Below, piece by piece: positions 30,953-41,123 of a stretch of DNA of 64,000 nt. Position 1 is the stretch's first letter. Each line of letters opens with the position of its first letter. A program made the position numbers and the translations under genes. Below the pieces are notes generated by a model. The model was given only the letters and a program-made list of their open reading frames with translations. It did no database searches and had not been told where the DNA came from. Origin of the DNA: an uncultured bacterium (GTDB lineage Bacteria > Krumholzibacteriota > Krumholzibacteriia > Krumholzibacteriales > Krumholzibacteriaceae); NCBI GenBank assembly GCA_963786935.1, contig CAWBAN010000001.1, positions 800,001-864,000 of the forward strand, given 5' to 3'.

Positions 30953-31704
30953 GCGAGCCCGCGCTCCTCCAGCTCGACGATGCCTTCACGGTCGGTGAAA
31001 TCGAGCCTGAGCGGGGTGAGGGAAACGTAGCCCTCGCTCACGGCCGCGAAATCGGTGTTCTCTCCGGTGTTCCAGCCGGGTTCCGCCCCGCCGATCCAGA
31101 AGTAGTCCTTTCCCCGGGGATCCGTTTTCCTGATGATGATGTCGTTGTAGACGCGCGAGCCGAGCCTCGTCACCTTGATTCCCTTCACGGCGCCGATCGG
31201 TATCGCGGGGACGTTCACGTTCCAGAGCCGCGCCCGGTCCCCCCTCATGGCGAGGAGCGCGGGGGCGAGCTGGCGCGCCGCGCTCGCCGCGCCGTCGAAG
31301 GAGGCGCCTCCCCAGGCCGTCAGCGACACCGCCATCGAGTCGATGCCGAGGATGCATCCCTCGATCGCGGCGGCCACCGTGCCGGAATAGGTGACGTCCT
31401 CGCCCATGTTGGGCCCGTGATTGATTCCCGAAACGACGAGATCGGGCTTTCGCCCGAGGATGCCGTGCACGGCCAGAATGACGCAATCCGAGGGGGTTCC
31501 CGATACGGTGAATTTCGAGGGGGAATATTCCTTGATGCGGAGCGGCTTGTCGAGCGTGATGGCGTGGCTCGACGCGCTCTGCTCGAGCTCGGGGGCCACG
31601 ATGACGACGCGGCCGACGCGATCGAGCGCGCGCGCGAGCGCCTCGAGGCCCTCGGCGGCGATGCCGTCGTCGTTGGTGATGAGGATCGTTGTCTCGTCGC
31701 TCAT
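30925..31704 (-). CDS. surE: 5'/3'-nucleotidase SurE
   Basis: TNDDG, GTPSDCV, SGINHGPN, YSGT. Confidence 0.97.
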   Translation of the reverse strand: MSDETTILITNDDGIAAEGLEALARALDRVGRVVIVAPELEQSASSHAITLDKPLRIKEYSPSKFTVSGTPSDCVILAVHGILGRKPDLVVSGINHGPNMGEDVTYSGTVAAAIEGCILGIDSMAVSLTAWGGASFDGAASAARQLAPALLAMRGDRARLWNVNVPAIPIGAVKGIKVTRLGSRVYNDIIIRKTDPRGKDYFWIGGAEPGWNTGENTDFAAVSEGYVSLTPLRLDFTDREGIVELEERGLAWNPEITTR

Positions 31705-31747
31705 GGATGGCTCCCGTGAATTCCCGCGACCCGTGAAAGACGGCATG

Positions 31748-32425
31748 TTACCAGAAAAGGCTTCTGATGACCAGCCGAATGAATCGCATGGTGTCCCGCA
31801 GCGGATGGATCGCGCTCTTTTCGCTCCCGTAGATCGTCTTGACGGGAATCGACGTGACCCGGCCGCCGGCGTGACAGGCCTTGATGATCATCTCGCTTTC
31901 GATCTCGTATCGCGACGTGACGAGACGGAGCTCCTTGAGAAGCGACGCGCGGGCGAGCCGGTAGCCGTTCTGGCTGTCGGGGACGCGCTGACCGGCCCGA
32001 AGGCTCACGACGGCCGACGTGAGGCGGTTCGTGAAGACACGGATCGGAGGCATCCCGCCCGCGGCCGCCATGCGGTCGCCGATGATGAGATCGGCCGCGC
32101 CCTTCCCGAATTCCTCGGCGAATCGCGGGATCTCGTCGGGATCGTGCTGCCCGTCCGCGTCGAGCATGACGACGGCGTCGATATCCGGTAGCGCCCGAAG
32201 GGCATCGATGGCGGTCCGGACGGCGGCCCCCTTTCCCCTGTTCACGTCGTGCCGCAATACCAGCGCGCCCGAACGCCGGGCCGCGCTCCCCGTGCCGTCG
32301 GTCGATCCGTCGTCCACGACGACGATGTGATCGAGAGGGACGTGCCGCGCGATCGATGCGATCACCGGCTCGATGAACCGCCCGGCGTTGTACGCCGGAA
32401 CGATGGCCGCGAAACGCTCAAGCAT
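31748..32425 (-). CDS. GT2 glycosyltransferase (DPM1-like)
   Basis: VPAYN, VDDGSTD, NRGKG, DADGQH, DSQNGYR. Confidence 0.92.
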   Translation of the reverse strand: MLERFAAIVPAYNAGRFIEPVIASIARHVPLDHIVVVDDGSTDGTGSAARRSGALVLRHDVNRGKGAAVRTAIDALRALPDIDAVVMLDADGQHDPDEIPRFAEEFGKGAADLIIGDRMAAAGGMPPIRVFTNRLTSAVVSLRAGQRVPDSQNGYRLARASLLKELRLVTSRYEIESEMIIKACHAGGRVTSIPVKTIYGSEKSAIHPLRDTMRFIRLVIRSLFW

Positions 32426-33260
32426 GATGTTCGCTCCTCCAGAGGTGATCGAACGCGAACCACTGATCGGGATGGGACCGCACGAATTGCTCGATGTTTC
32501 CGATGCACGCGCGGGCCGTCGCCGCGCGCCGGTCGTCCGTATCCGGCACGCGGATCTCTTCCCCGACGAGGATCTCGATCGTGTCCCCCGCGGCGTACCA
32601 GGAGCAGCACGGGAGCAGCGGCGCCCCCGAGCGCAGCGAGAGGGTGATATGGCCGTCGGGGAGGACGACGTCGGTGCCGAGGAACCGGAGCTTCATGCCG
32701 CGCTGAGAGAAGCTGCGGTCGACCAGGAGCACGACCGTCTCTCCCGCCTCGAGCGCCTTCATGAGCGCCGTCCCGCAGGAGCGGGACGAGTAATCCCTGA
32801 CCCCCCATCGGGCGCGCTTTGCGCTCAGGAAGCGCGTGACGCGCGCCGACGGGTGCTCGAGCGCGACCGTATGAATCCGGTATCCGAGGCCGCTGATGCA
32901 CGCCCCCGCGAGCTCCCAGGAGCCGAGGTGCGGCGCGAACAATATGGCTCCCCGTCCCTTCCGGAGCGCGCGGTCGAGATTCTCGATCCCTCGAATTCGG
33001 CACACGGCCATGATCTCGTCGCGGTCCATCCGCGAAAGGCGCAGCATGTCCAGGACGGCGCGCGAAAAGTTGCGGAACACGGGGAACGCGCTGCCCGGGC
33101 GCAGCCCCAGCTTTTCGTAGTTCATCCGCACATTGTTCCGAATCTCTGGCCTGAAGGCGAAAAAGAGGAACGCGATCGCGGCGGCGATCCGCCTGCTGCA
33201 TGCCGGGGGGAGCATGCCGGCGAGGGAGGACGCCGTGCGATATAGAATATACGAGATCAT
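32418..33260 (-). CDS. LpxL/PatA-like lysophospholipid acyltransferase
   Basis: HLGSWE, LLVDR, HPDQWF. Confidence 0.88.
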   Translation of the reverse strand: MISYILYRTASSLAGMLPPACSRRIAAAIAFLFFAFRPEIRNNVRMNYEKLGLRPGSAFPVFRNFSRAVLDMLRLSRMDRDEIMAVCRIRGIENLDRALRKGRGAILFAPHLGSWELAGACISGLGYRIHTVALEHPSARVTRFLSAKRARWGVRDYSSRSCGTALMKALEAGETVVLLVDRSFSQRGMKLRFLGTDVVLPDGHITLSLRSGAPLLPCCSWYAAGDTIEILVGEEIRVPDTDDRRAATARACIGNIEQFVRSHPDQWFAFDHLWRSEHHA

Positions 33261-33278
33261 GCTTTCCAAAAATAAATC

Positions 33279-33356
<78 letters not shown>

Positions 33357-33422
33357 ACCTCAACGCTAGAATATCATCGTTTGCGGGCCGAACACAAGCG
33401 AATTTGGATCCGCCGAACGGGC

Positions 33423-33788
33423 TCAGAGCGCCTCGACGAGGTCCTTGAGCTCCAGCAGGTCCTTCCGGAGGGATTCCACGATGCGCCGTTTGTCGGGATC
33501 GGCGAACGGGATATTCAGCTGCTCGGCGAGGACCGACGGATCGTTGTTGAAATCCTTCAGCTTCCGGCGCGCTCCCGCGATCGTGTATTTGCGATCGTAC
33601 AGGAGCGTCTGAATCGCGATCAGGAGCTTGATGTCCCTCACGCGGTACGTCCGGTTGCCGGCGCGGTTCTTCTTCGGGCTCAGGGCGGGGAACTGTGATT
33701 CCCAGTACCTGAGCACGTGCGGCTTCACCTTGAGAAGGTCGCTGACCTCGCCGATCGAGTAGTAGAGCTTCTGGTTCGCTTTCATCAT
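33423..33788 (-). CDS. MerR-family transcriptional regulator
   Basis: YSIGEVS, HVLRYWESQF; merR-tRNA-Pro(GGG) linkage. Confidence 0.92.
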   Translation of the reverse strand: MMKANQKLYYSIGEVSDLLKVKPHVLRYWESQFPALSPKKNRAGNRTYRVRDIKLLIAIQTLLYDRKYTIAGARRKLKDFNNDPSVLAEQLNIPFADPDKRRIVESLRKDLLELKDLVEAL

Positions 33789-33848
33789 ACCGATGCTTCC
33801 TTTGAGGCTGCGGAAACACCTCCGCGCGACGAGTCGACGTCCGCGGCG

Positions 33849-34877
33849 CTACATCTCTTTTTTGGCCTTGCGGATCATGAGATCCTTGATCGCCCGGCGC
33901 GGATCCTTTCCGCGGAAGAGCACGCGATGGACCTGCTCGGCGATCGGGAGCTCGATCCCGACGCGCGAAGCGAGCCGCACGGCCGCCTTCGTCGTTTTGA
34001 CCCCCTCCGCCACCATGACCATTTCGGCGAGCACCTGCGGGAGCTTCTTGCCCCTCCCGATCTCCTCGCCGACATGACGATTCCTGCTGTGGCGGCTCAT
34101 ACACGTGACGATGAGGTCCCCGACTCCGGCGAGCCCGCTGAGCGTCGCCTCCTTCCCCCCCATCCGGCACGCGAGGCGCTTCATCTCGGCGAGCCCCCGG
34201 GTGATGAGCGCCGCCTTCGTGTTGTCCCCGAATCCGAGCCCGTCGCAGATGCCGGCGGCGATCGCGATCGTGTTCTTGAGCGACACGCCGAGCTCGACCC
34301 CGATAAGATCCGTATTGGTGTAGACGCGGAAATACTCGTTCATGAAATGGCCTTGGATCTCGCGCAGAACCTCGGAATCGGTTCCCGCGACGACGACCGA
34401 CGTCGGCATCCGTCTGCTCACTTCCTCGGCGTGGCTCGGGCCGAGGAGGCCGACGATCCGCCGCCGGGCCGTCGGGAGCTCCTGCGACAGCACTTCGCTC
34501 ATCCGGCAGAGCGTGCGCTCCTCCAGACCTTTCGACGCGTTGATGACGATCGCCCGCCGGTCGAACGACGGCGAGGATCCAACGATGCGCGCGACGCCGC
34601 GCACCGTGTGGCTCGGCGTCACGAAAACAATGCGCGTGGCGCCGTCGAGCGCCTCGTCCATCTCCGAGGTGATCCGGATCGATCTCGGCACGGGGATTCC
34701 CGGAAGGAACCGGCGGTTCTCCCCGTCCCGGCGGATCGTATCGGCAAGGGCGGGGAAATACTCCCAGAGCCGCACCTCGTGCCCCTTCTCGTCGAGCAGA
34801 ATCGCGAGCGTCGTTCCCCAGCTGCCGGCGCCGAGGACCGCGGTGCGAGTGGAATGGGCGTGCGTTCGAGGCTTCAT
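33849..34877 (-). CDS. gpsA: NAD(P)H-dependent glycerol-3-phosphate dehydrogenase
   Basis: GAGSWG, GPSHAEEV, LKN.IAIAAG, GDL..TC.S.HSRN. Confidence 0.97.
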   Translation of the reverse strand: MKPRTHAHSTRTAVLGAGSWGTTLAILLDEKGHEVRLWEYFPALADTIRRDGENRRFLPGIPVPRSIRITSEMDEALDGATRIVFVTPSHTVRGVARIVGSSPSFDRRAIVINASKGLEERTLCRMSEVLSQELPTARRRIVGLLGPSHAEEVSRRMPTSVVVAGTDSEVLREIQGHFMNEYFRVYTNTDLIGVELGVSLKNTIAIAAGICDGLGFGDNTKAALITRGLAEMKRLACRMGGKEATLSGLAGVGDLIVTCMSRHSRNRHVGEEIGRGKKLPQVLAEMVMVAEGVKTTKAAVRLASRVGIELPIAEQVHRVLFRGKDPRRAIKDLMIRKAKKEM

Positions 34878-34888
34878 GGATTTGCCGC

Positions 34889-35506
34889 CTAGAAGATCCT
34901 TTTTTCGGTGCCGTTTCGCAGCCGCGCGATGTTCGAGCGGTGCTTCACGATCACGACGATCGCCGCGGCGACGCCGAGCAGGGTTATCGAATAATGCGCG
35001 TTCGCGTGGAACAGCCGGTTCGCCAGCGGTATCGATGCCGGCAGAAACGCCGCGCTCACGATGCTCGCCACCGATACGATCCGTGTGGCGAGCAGCATGA
35101 TGATCCAGACCGCCAGGCACATGCCGAGCGCCTGGGGCGCCAGCGCCAGAAAGGCGCCCGCCGTGGCGCCCACTCCCTTGCCGCCCGAGAACCGCACGAA
35201 CACGGAGTAGTTGTGTCCGAGAACGACGGCGAGCGCCGCCAGCAGGGCGAATCCCGTCGCCGTCCCTCCCAGCCGCGAGAGGAAATGAACGGCGACGAAT
35301 CCCTTTCCGATATCGAACAGGAGCACCGGAATCGCGGCGCGGGGTCCGAGAACCCGGAACGTGTTCGCCGCGCCGAGATTGCCGCTCCCGTGTTCCCTGA
35401 GATCGATACCTCTGACGAGCTTCCCCATGCAGTAGCTCGACGGGATCGACCCGAGCAGGTAGCTGGCCGCCGCGACGAAAAGTATCTTGAGAACGAGATC
35501 CATCAT
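34889..35506 (-). CDS. plsY: Glycerol-3-phosphate acyltransferase
   Basis: GSGNLGAAN, GGKGV, HRSNI.RL. Confidence 0.96.
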   Translation of the reverse strand: MMDLVLKILFVAAASYLLGSIPSSYCMGKLVRGIDLREHGSGNLGAANTFRVLGPRAAIPVLLFDIGKGFVAVHFLSRLGGTATGFALLAALAVVLGHNYSVFVRFSGGKGVGATAGAFLALAPQALGMCLAVWIIMLLATRIVSVASIVSAAFLPASIPLANRLFHANAHYSITLLGVAAAIVVIVKHRSNIARLRNGTEKRIF

Positions 35507-36819
35507 CTCTCCTTGGATTTGAGAGAGATTGTAATGACCGTGCCCTCGAACGTAAACACTTTTCTGAGCTGATTATTGAGATAACGTATATAAGAACGAG
35601 GAAAATAGGAGGATCTATTTACAAAGAGCGTGAAGGTCGGCGGTTTGACCCCTGTCTGCGTCGCGTAGTAAACCTTCCCCGTACCTCCGGCATGGTGGCT
35701 CGGCGGGCTCTTGGCGACGATCGCCTCGAGCACCTTGTTCAGCTCAGAGGTCTTGATCGTGCGCTCCCGCGCCTCCTTGATGGCGACCGCGAGGGGAAAA
35801 ATCCGCTCGACGCGGAGGCCGGTGAGCGCCGAAACGGTGACGGCGGGGGCGTAGGAAAGGAAGGACATCGATTCCCGAACTTCCGCCACGAAACGATCGG
35901 AGGTCCGCGAATCCTTCTCGACGAGGTCCCATTTGTTGATGAGGATCATCATGCCCTTCCGGGCCCGATGCCCCTCGGAGGCGACGCGGACGTCCTGCCG
36001 CGAGACCGGTCCCGTGGCGTCGATCATCACGGCGACGATATCGGCGTTCCGCGCGCTCGACAGGCTCTTGTGGCTCGTGATCGCGTCGAGCCCCTTCGCG
36101 GTCCGGGCGCGCCGTTTCACACCCGCCGTGTCGATGAGAACGAACTCCTTCCCGCCGCGCCGGATGATGACGCCGACGGAATCCCGGGTCGTTCCGGGGA
36201 TATCCGAAACGATGTTGCGCTCCTCGCCGGCCAGCGCGTTCACGAGGGAGCTCTTGCCGACGTTCGGCTTGCCGACGATCGCGATCGCGATCGGTTCCGG
36301 CCCCGCCTCCTCGGCTTTGCGCGGGATGCGCGACGTGATGTCGTCGAGCATTTCCCCGATTCCCGTCCCGTGCAGCGCGCTCACGATATGCATATGATCG
36401 AATCCGAGCGTGTGGAACTCGTGCACGCTCCATCGATCCTCGTCGTTTTCGATCTTGTTGACGACGAAGATCATCTTGCCCCGCTCGCGACGGAGATCGC
36501 GGAGCAGCGATTGATCTTCCTCCGTCACCCCGGTATCGATATCCGCCACGAAAACGATCACGGCCGCTTCGCCCGCGATGCTCTTCACCCGTGCGCGGAT
36601 ATCGAAGGTGAGGCGATCCTTCGTGTCGACGCTGAAACCGCCGGTGTCGACGAGAATGAAGGTGACGCCGTTCCAGGTGACCTTCTCCTCGACGGCGTCC
36701 CGCGTCACGCCTCTCGTCGCGTGCATGATCGCTTTGCGGCGCCGCACGACTCGATTGAAGAGCGTCGATTTTCCCGCGTTCGGTTTTCCGACGATTGCGA
36801 CGATGGGAATCTTCTTCAT
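35503..36819 (-). CDS. der: Ribosome biogenesis GTPase Der
   Basis: Two G domains (GKPNAGKS, GKPNVGKS) and KH-like C-terminus. Confidence 0.97.
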   Translation of the reverse strand: MKKIPIVAIVGKPNAGKSTLFNRVVRRRKAIMHATRGVTRDAVEEKVTWNGVTFILVDTGGFSVDTKDRLTFDIRARVKSIAGEAAVIVFVADIDTGVTEEDQSLLRDLRRERGKMIFVVNKIENDEDRWSVHEFHTLGFDHMHIVSALHGTGIGEMLDDITSRIPRKAEEAGPEPIAIAIVGKPNVGKSSLVNALAGEERNIVSDIPGTTRDSVGVIIRRGGKEFVLIDTAGVKRRARTAKGLDAITSHKSLSSARNADIVAVMIDATGPVSRQDVRVASEGHRARKGMMILINKWDLVEKDSRTSDRFVAEVRESMSFLSYAPAVTVSALTGLRVERIFPLAVAIKEARERTIKTSELNKVLEAIVAKSPPSHHAGGTGKVYYATQTGVKPPTFTLFVNRSSYFPRSYIRYLNNQLRKVFTFEGTVITISLKSKER

Positions 36820-38117
36820 GACGAGCATCCCTTCCGGCACTGGTTCGCGACGCGATTTTCGAGAAAGGTCGATCGGGCGACCACGACCGGCACGCCGAGC
36901 TCCCGCGCGATATCGGCGGCGCGGAGGTCGTCGAGGAAACGCCCCTCGTGGTTCACCGCGTTGGGGGGAATCACGAGACAGCCCGAAATCCGGCTCCGGC
37001 GGGCGGCGCGGACGATATCGCGGCCGCACAGGAGTCCCGAAACGGTCACCGATGGCCCGAACAGACGATTCCGGACGACGACGAGCCGCAGCGAGACCGG
37101 CGGACGCATCTCCTCGAGAAGCGGCTCCGCGTACCGACGCAGGAACCGGGCGCCGAGGGCGCCCGTCGCGACAGTGATCCGTTTCAGGGGCGCGCGCGGC
37201 CGCGCCCGCTCGATATCCCCGGCGAGGCGCATGAGAAAATCCCGGCACGCGCCGACCCCGTTCGAGAGCTGCGGGAAATCCCCGTACGCATCCGCGGGGG
37301 GCAGAACGCGGTTCGCCGCCAGATAGAACTCGTCGGCCAGATACAGAAAGCGCTCTCCCCCGAACCGCACCCGATAGCGTTCCTGCTCGCGCGCGGCCCA
37401 ATCGATCAGCGCGCGGGATTCCGCGACGCCGGGCCGCCGGAGGAGCGGAAGGCCGGCGCGGTGCCCCGTGACGCCGACCGGGACGATCGCCGCCGTTAGG
37501 CAGGCCGGGTGCAGCGCGGCGAGCTCACGCACGGTCTCGCGGAGCGCCGCTCCGTCGTTGACGCCGGGAACGAGCACGATCTGCGCGTGCATCCGGATGC
37601 CGCCGCGCGCGAGCCGGCGCAGATCTTTCATGATGTCGCGGCGCATCGGGCGGCCGAACAGGCGCTCGCGGACGCTTCGGCGCACGGCGTGAACGGAAAC
37701 GTAGAGCGGGGACAGACGGAGATCGAGAATCCTCGCGAGATCCCGGTCGCGGAGATCGTTCAACGTGATGAAATTCCCGAAGAGAAAGCTCAGCCGGAAA
37801 TCGTCGTCCTTCTCGTACAGGGACGGCCGCATGCCGGGCGGCATTTGGTCCATGAAGCAGAAGATGCACTTGCTCCGGCACCGGATGAACTTCATTTCGC
37901 GGAAGACGGCGCCTTGCCGCGAGAGCTCGGCGAGGGGGAGCGTCCGCGACATCGAGCGCCCGTCGCGCCGGATCGCGAAACGGGCCTTCCCGTCGCCGGC
38001 CGTGAGGAACAGCGCGTCGAGCTGGTCTTCCACCGCTCGGGTGCCTATCGAAAGGATCTCGTCCCCCGGCCGGAAGAAGCCACGTTTCCCGTCGATTCTT
38101 TCGATTCGTACCGTCAT
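36816..38117 (-). CDS. DUF512 radical-SAM-like Fe-S protein
   Basis: CRSKCIFC, DQMPPGMR.SLY.KDDD, LADEFY, PQL.NGVG; position before der. Confidence 0.9.
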   Translation of the reverse strand: MTVRIERIDGKRGFFRPGDEILSIGTRAVEDQLDALFLTAGDGKARFAIRRDGRSMSRTLPLAELSRQGAVFREMKFIRCRSKCIFCFMDQMPPGMRPSLYEKDDDFRLSFLFGNFITLNDLRDRDLARILDLRLSPLYVSVHAVRRSVRERLFGRPMRRDIMKDLRRLARGGIRMHAQIVLVPGVNDGAALRETVRELAALHPACLTAAIVPVGVTGHRAGLPLLRRPGVAESRALIDWAAREQERYRVRFGGERFLYLADEFYLAANRVLPPADAYGDFPQLSNGVGACRDFLMRLAGDIERARPRAPLKRITVATGALGARFLRRYAEPLLEEMRPPVSLRLVVVRNRLFGPSVTVSGLLCGRDIVRAARRSRISGCLVIPPNAVNHEGRFLDDLRAADIARELGVPVVVARSTFLENRVANQCRKGCSS

Positions 38118-38174
38118 GGCCGCTCGTGAAAAACCCCCCTCAAACATCCCGCTCGAAGGGGGTTCGTCTATAAA

Positions 38175-38250
38175 TGGAGCGGGCAACGGGATTCGAACCC
38201 GCGACTCTCAGCTTGGGAAGCTGATACTCTACCAGCTGAGCTATGCCCGC
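38175..38250 (-). tRNA. tRNA-Gly(CCC)
   Basis: Reverse complement GCGGGCA...TCAGC-TT CCC AA-GCTGA...TGCCCGC-T-CCA. Confidence 0.97.
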
Positions 38251-38274
38251 GTTCTCGTCGATGAGGCACCTCGA

Positions 38275-38303
38275 AACTTATCAGTTTGCGCCTCCGCTGT
38301 CAA
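38275..38303 (-). promoter_or_regulatory. sigma-70 promoter of tRNA-Gly
   Basis: TTGACA-N17-TAAGTT with extended TGn. Confidence 0.7.
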
Positions 38304-38308
38304 CGGAT

Positions 38309-39235
38309 TTATCCCGCCAGGCGCCCCTCGACGAGCGCCGCCGCCGCGTCGACGAGTCCCTGCCCATCCGCCGCGAGCCGCCGCATCTCAGGCTCCTTCC
38401 GGAACCACGTCACCTGACGCTTGGCGTACTGGCGCGTGAGCTCGCCGATCCTCCCGATCGTGTCGTCGAGCGGGCGCTCTCCCCTCACGAACGAGACGAC
38501 CTCGGGGTAGCCGAGCGTCCTCATGCCCGGCCACGCGGGATCGGCCCCCTCGGCGAGAAGGCGCCGCACTTCATCCGCCCACCCCTTCTCGAACATCTCT
38601 CCCGTCCGCGCCCCGATCCGCCGGTGGAGCTCCGCGCGGTCGATCTCGAGCCCGATCTTGACGAACCCGATTTCCTCGCGGGACGGCTCGATGCGCTGCC
38701 GGCGCATATGGTCGCTGAGAGCCGTTCCCGTGAGCGCGTGCACCTCGAGAGCGCGAACGGTCCGGTAGCGGTCGTTCGGATGGATGCGCGCCGCGCTTTC
38801 GGGATCGATCGCCCGGAGTTGCTCGTGCAGCGATCCGCTCGATCTTCCCCTCACCGATTCGGCGAAGCCGGCCCGATCGCCCGGATCGAGCGCGATGTCG
38901 AAGAATCCCGCTTCGATCGCCCTGAAGTAGAGCCCCGATCCCCCGACCAGAATGGGCAGCGCGCCTCGCGAAGCCGCATCCCGGATCGCGCCGCGCGCGA
39001 GCGAGGCGAACCGCTGCGCGTTGATTCTCTCGGAAAGATCGCACACGTCGATGAGGTGATGCGGCACGAGCCGCCGGTCCTCCGCCGAGGGCTTCGCCGT
39101 GCCGATATCGATGTGGCGGTATGCCTGACGCGAATCGACCGAGATGATCTCGCCCTTCATCCGCAGGGCGAGGCCCATTCCGAGCGCGCTCTTGCCGGAT
39201 GCGGTGGGACCGAGAATTGCGACCGCAGTTATCAT
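38309..39235 (-). CDS. miaA: tRNA dimethylallyltransferase
   Basis: GPTASGKS, DSRQ.Y, IGTAKP, YAKRQ.TW. Confidence 0.97.
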   Translation of the reverse strand: MITAVAILGPTASGKSALGMGLALRMKGEIISVDSRQAYRHIDIGTAKPSAEDRRLVPHHLIDVCDLSERINAQRFASLARGAIRDAASRGALPILVGGSGLYFRAIEAGFFDIALDPGDRAGFAESVRGRSSGSLHEQLRAIDPESAARIHPNDRYRTVRALEVHALTGTALSDHMRRQRIEPSREEIGFVKIGLEIDRAELHRRIGARTGEMFEKGWADEVRRLLAEGADPAWPGMRTLGYPEVVSFVRGERPLDDTIGRIGELTRQYAKRQVTWFRKEPEMRRLAADGQGLVDAAAALVEGRLAG

Positions 39236-41004
39236 TCCCTGTGCGTGACCGATCGCGCGAATCGCCGCTCGAGCTCCGCGGTGCCGACCCGCAGCATCGT
39301 CGGCCGCCCGTGGGGACAGGTATACGGAAGCGCCGTCGCGAAGAGCTGGTCCGCGAGGCTCTCCATCTCCTCCCCCGACAGCCTCGTGCCCGCCTTGATC
39401 GCGGAACGGCAGGCGTACGACTTGAGGAAATCGTCGATTCCGCTCCTCCCCTCTCCCCCCAGTATCTCCTGGAGCAGCCGCCCGTCGTCCCAGTTGCGCA
39501 CGAGCGCCGGGATGCCCCGCACGATTATCGACCGGTGCCCGAACGGCTCGCTCTCGAAGCCGAGCGCGGCGAGCGGCGCCGCCATCTCCTCGTAGCGTTC
39601 GTACTCGTCCGGCGACAGATCGATCGTCGCGGGGAACAGGAGCGATTGCACGACCGCTCTTCCGCCGGCCAGATCCGCTTTCGCGCGGTCGAAGAGGATT
39701 CGCTCGTGAGCGGCGTGCTGATCGATGATGACCATGCCGCCGCGGATCTGGATGAGGATGTAGCTCTGGTGTAGCTGCCAGTACAGGGTGCCCGACGTGA
39801 GGATACCCTTTCCCTTCTCGTCCCCGAACAGCGAGAGGGGCGCCTCGTGGAACTCGAACGTCCGATCGCCCTCTCCGATTTCCTGCGCCGCTCCCGCCCA
39901 CGACCCCGCTGATCCGGCGGGAACCGGGCTCCCCGCAGGAGGGCGCGCGGAATCGGCGTTCGACGGCGGAGAGAGCACGCCTCCGTAGAACGAATCGACC
40001 GTCCGCTCGACCGACCCGCCGGCGCTCCTGAGCGCTTCGCCCAGCGAGGAGAGCACGAGCCGGTGGATCTCCCCCTCGTTCCGGAAGCGCACCTCGGCCT
40101 TCGTCGGATGGACGTTCACGTCCACCTCGTCGGGCGGCACCTCGAGAAAGAGCACGACGGCGGGGAAGCGGTCGCGCGGAATGAGCGATTCGTAGGCCTG
40201 GTTGACCGCGTGCGAGAGCACGCGGTCGCGAACGTATCGACGGTTCACGAAGTAGAACTGCATGTAGCGGTTCGCCCGCGTCTGGTCGCCCCGCGAGGCG
40301 TACCCGTAGATCTTCGAGCGGCCGATGCCGAACTTCACCGGCACTAGATTGGCGAGAAGATCGGCGCCGAGGACGATCTCGACGCGCTCGCGAAGGCTCG
40401 ACGGCGGATACGACAAGAGGTCTTTCCCGCTCTCGCGGAGCACGAACCCCGTTTCGGGAAACGCGAGCGCGTACCCTTGGATCACCGCGATGATGCGTCT
40501 CGTCTCTGACTGCGCGCTCCGCATGAATTTCTTGCGCGCGGGGAGATTCACGAAGAGATTGTCGACAACGACTTCCGTTCCGGCATTCCGCGCGAGCAAG
40601 GTGTCGCGGACGAGCGTTTCGCCGCGGAACGCGAGCTCGCGGGCCATCTCCTCCTCCCGGGCGCGGGATCGTACCGTGAGCACGCTCACCGCCCGGATGC
40701 TGGCGAGAGCCTCCCCGCGGAATCCGAGCGTGCCGACCCGGCCGATGTCCTCGACGCGCGCGATCTTGCTCGTCGTGAAGCTCTCGACCGAGAGCGGAAG
40801 CTGCTCCGCCGGAATGCCGGAGCCGTTGTCCTCGACCTTGATCGCCGCTTTGCCGCCGTCGACGAGATCGATCGCGATCCTCGTCGCGCCCGCGTCGAGC
40901 GAGTTCTCGACGAGCTCCTTAACGGCGCTCGCCGGCCGCTCGATGACCTCGCCCGCGGCGATCCGCGCGGCGACTTCCGGGAGCAGTTTTTGAATGGGAG
41001 CCAC
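39232..41004 (-). CDS. mutL: DNA mismatch repair endonuclease MutL
   Basis: IAAGEVIERP, GFRGEAL, DQHAAHER, CPHGRP. Confidence 0.97.
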   Translation of the reverse strand: MAPIQKLLPEVAARIAAGEVIERPASAVKELVENSLDAGATRIAIDLVDGGKAAIKVEDNGSGIPAEQLPLSVESFTTSKIARVEDIGRVGTLGFRGEALASIRAVSVLTVRSRAREEEMARELAFRGETLVRDTLLARNAGTEVVVDNLFVNLPARKKFMRSAQSETRRIIAVIQGYALAFPETGFVLRESGKDLLSYPPSSLRERVEIVLGADLLANLVPVKFGIGRSKIYGYASRGDQTRANRYMQFYFVNRRYVRDRVLSHAVNQAYESLIPRDRFPAVVLFLEVPPDEVDVNVHPTKAEVRFRNEGEIHRLVLSSLGEALRSAGGSVERTVDSFYGGVLSPPSNADSARPPAGSPVPAGSAGSWAGAAQEIGEGDRTFEFHEAPLSLFGDEKGKGILTSGTLYWQLHQSYILIQIRGGMVIIDQHAAHERILFDRAKADLAGGRAVVQSLLFPATIDLSPDEYERYEEMAAPLAALGFESEPFGHRSIIVRGIPALVRNWDDGRLLQEILGGEGRSGIDDFLKSYACRSAIKAGTRLSGEEMESLADQLFATALPYTCPHGRPTMLRVGTAELERRFARSVTHRE

Positions 41005-41123
41005 ATCCCCCTCCGGAGCACGAATGTTCGAAAGCGCTTCGACGGAACGGCGCGAGCCCGGCTTCACCGGGAAACCTATCATACGGCGCGTTCGTTCCGC
41101 AATGCGTAAAAGCCGCGGGGATG

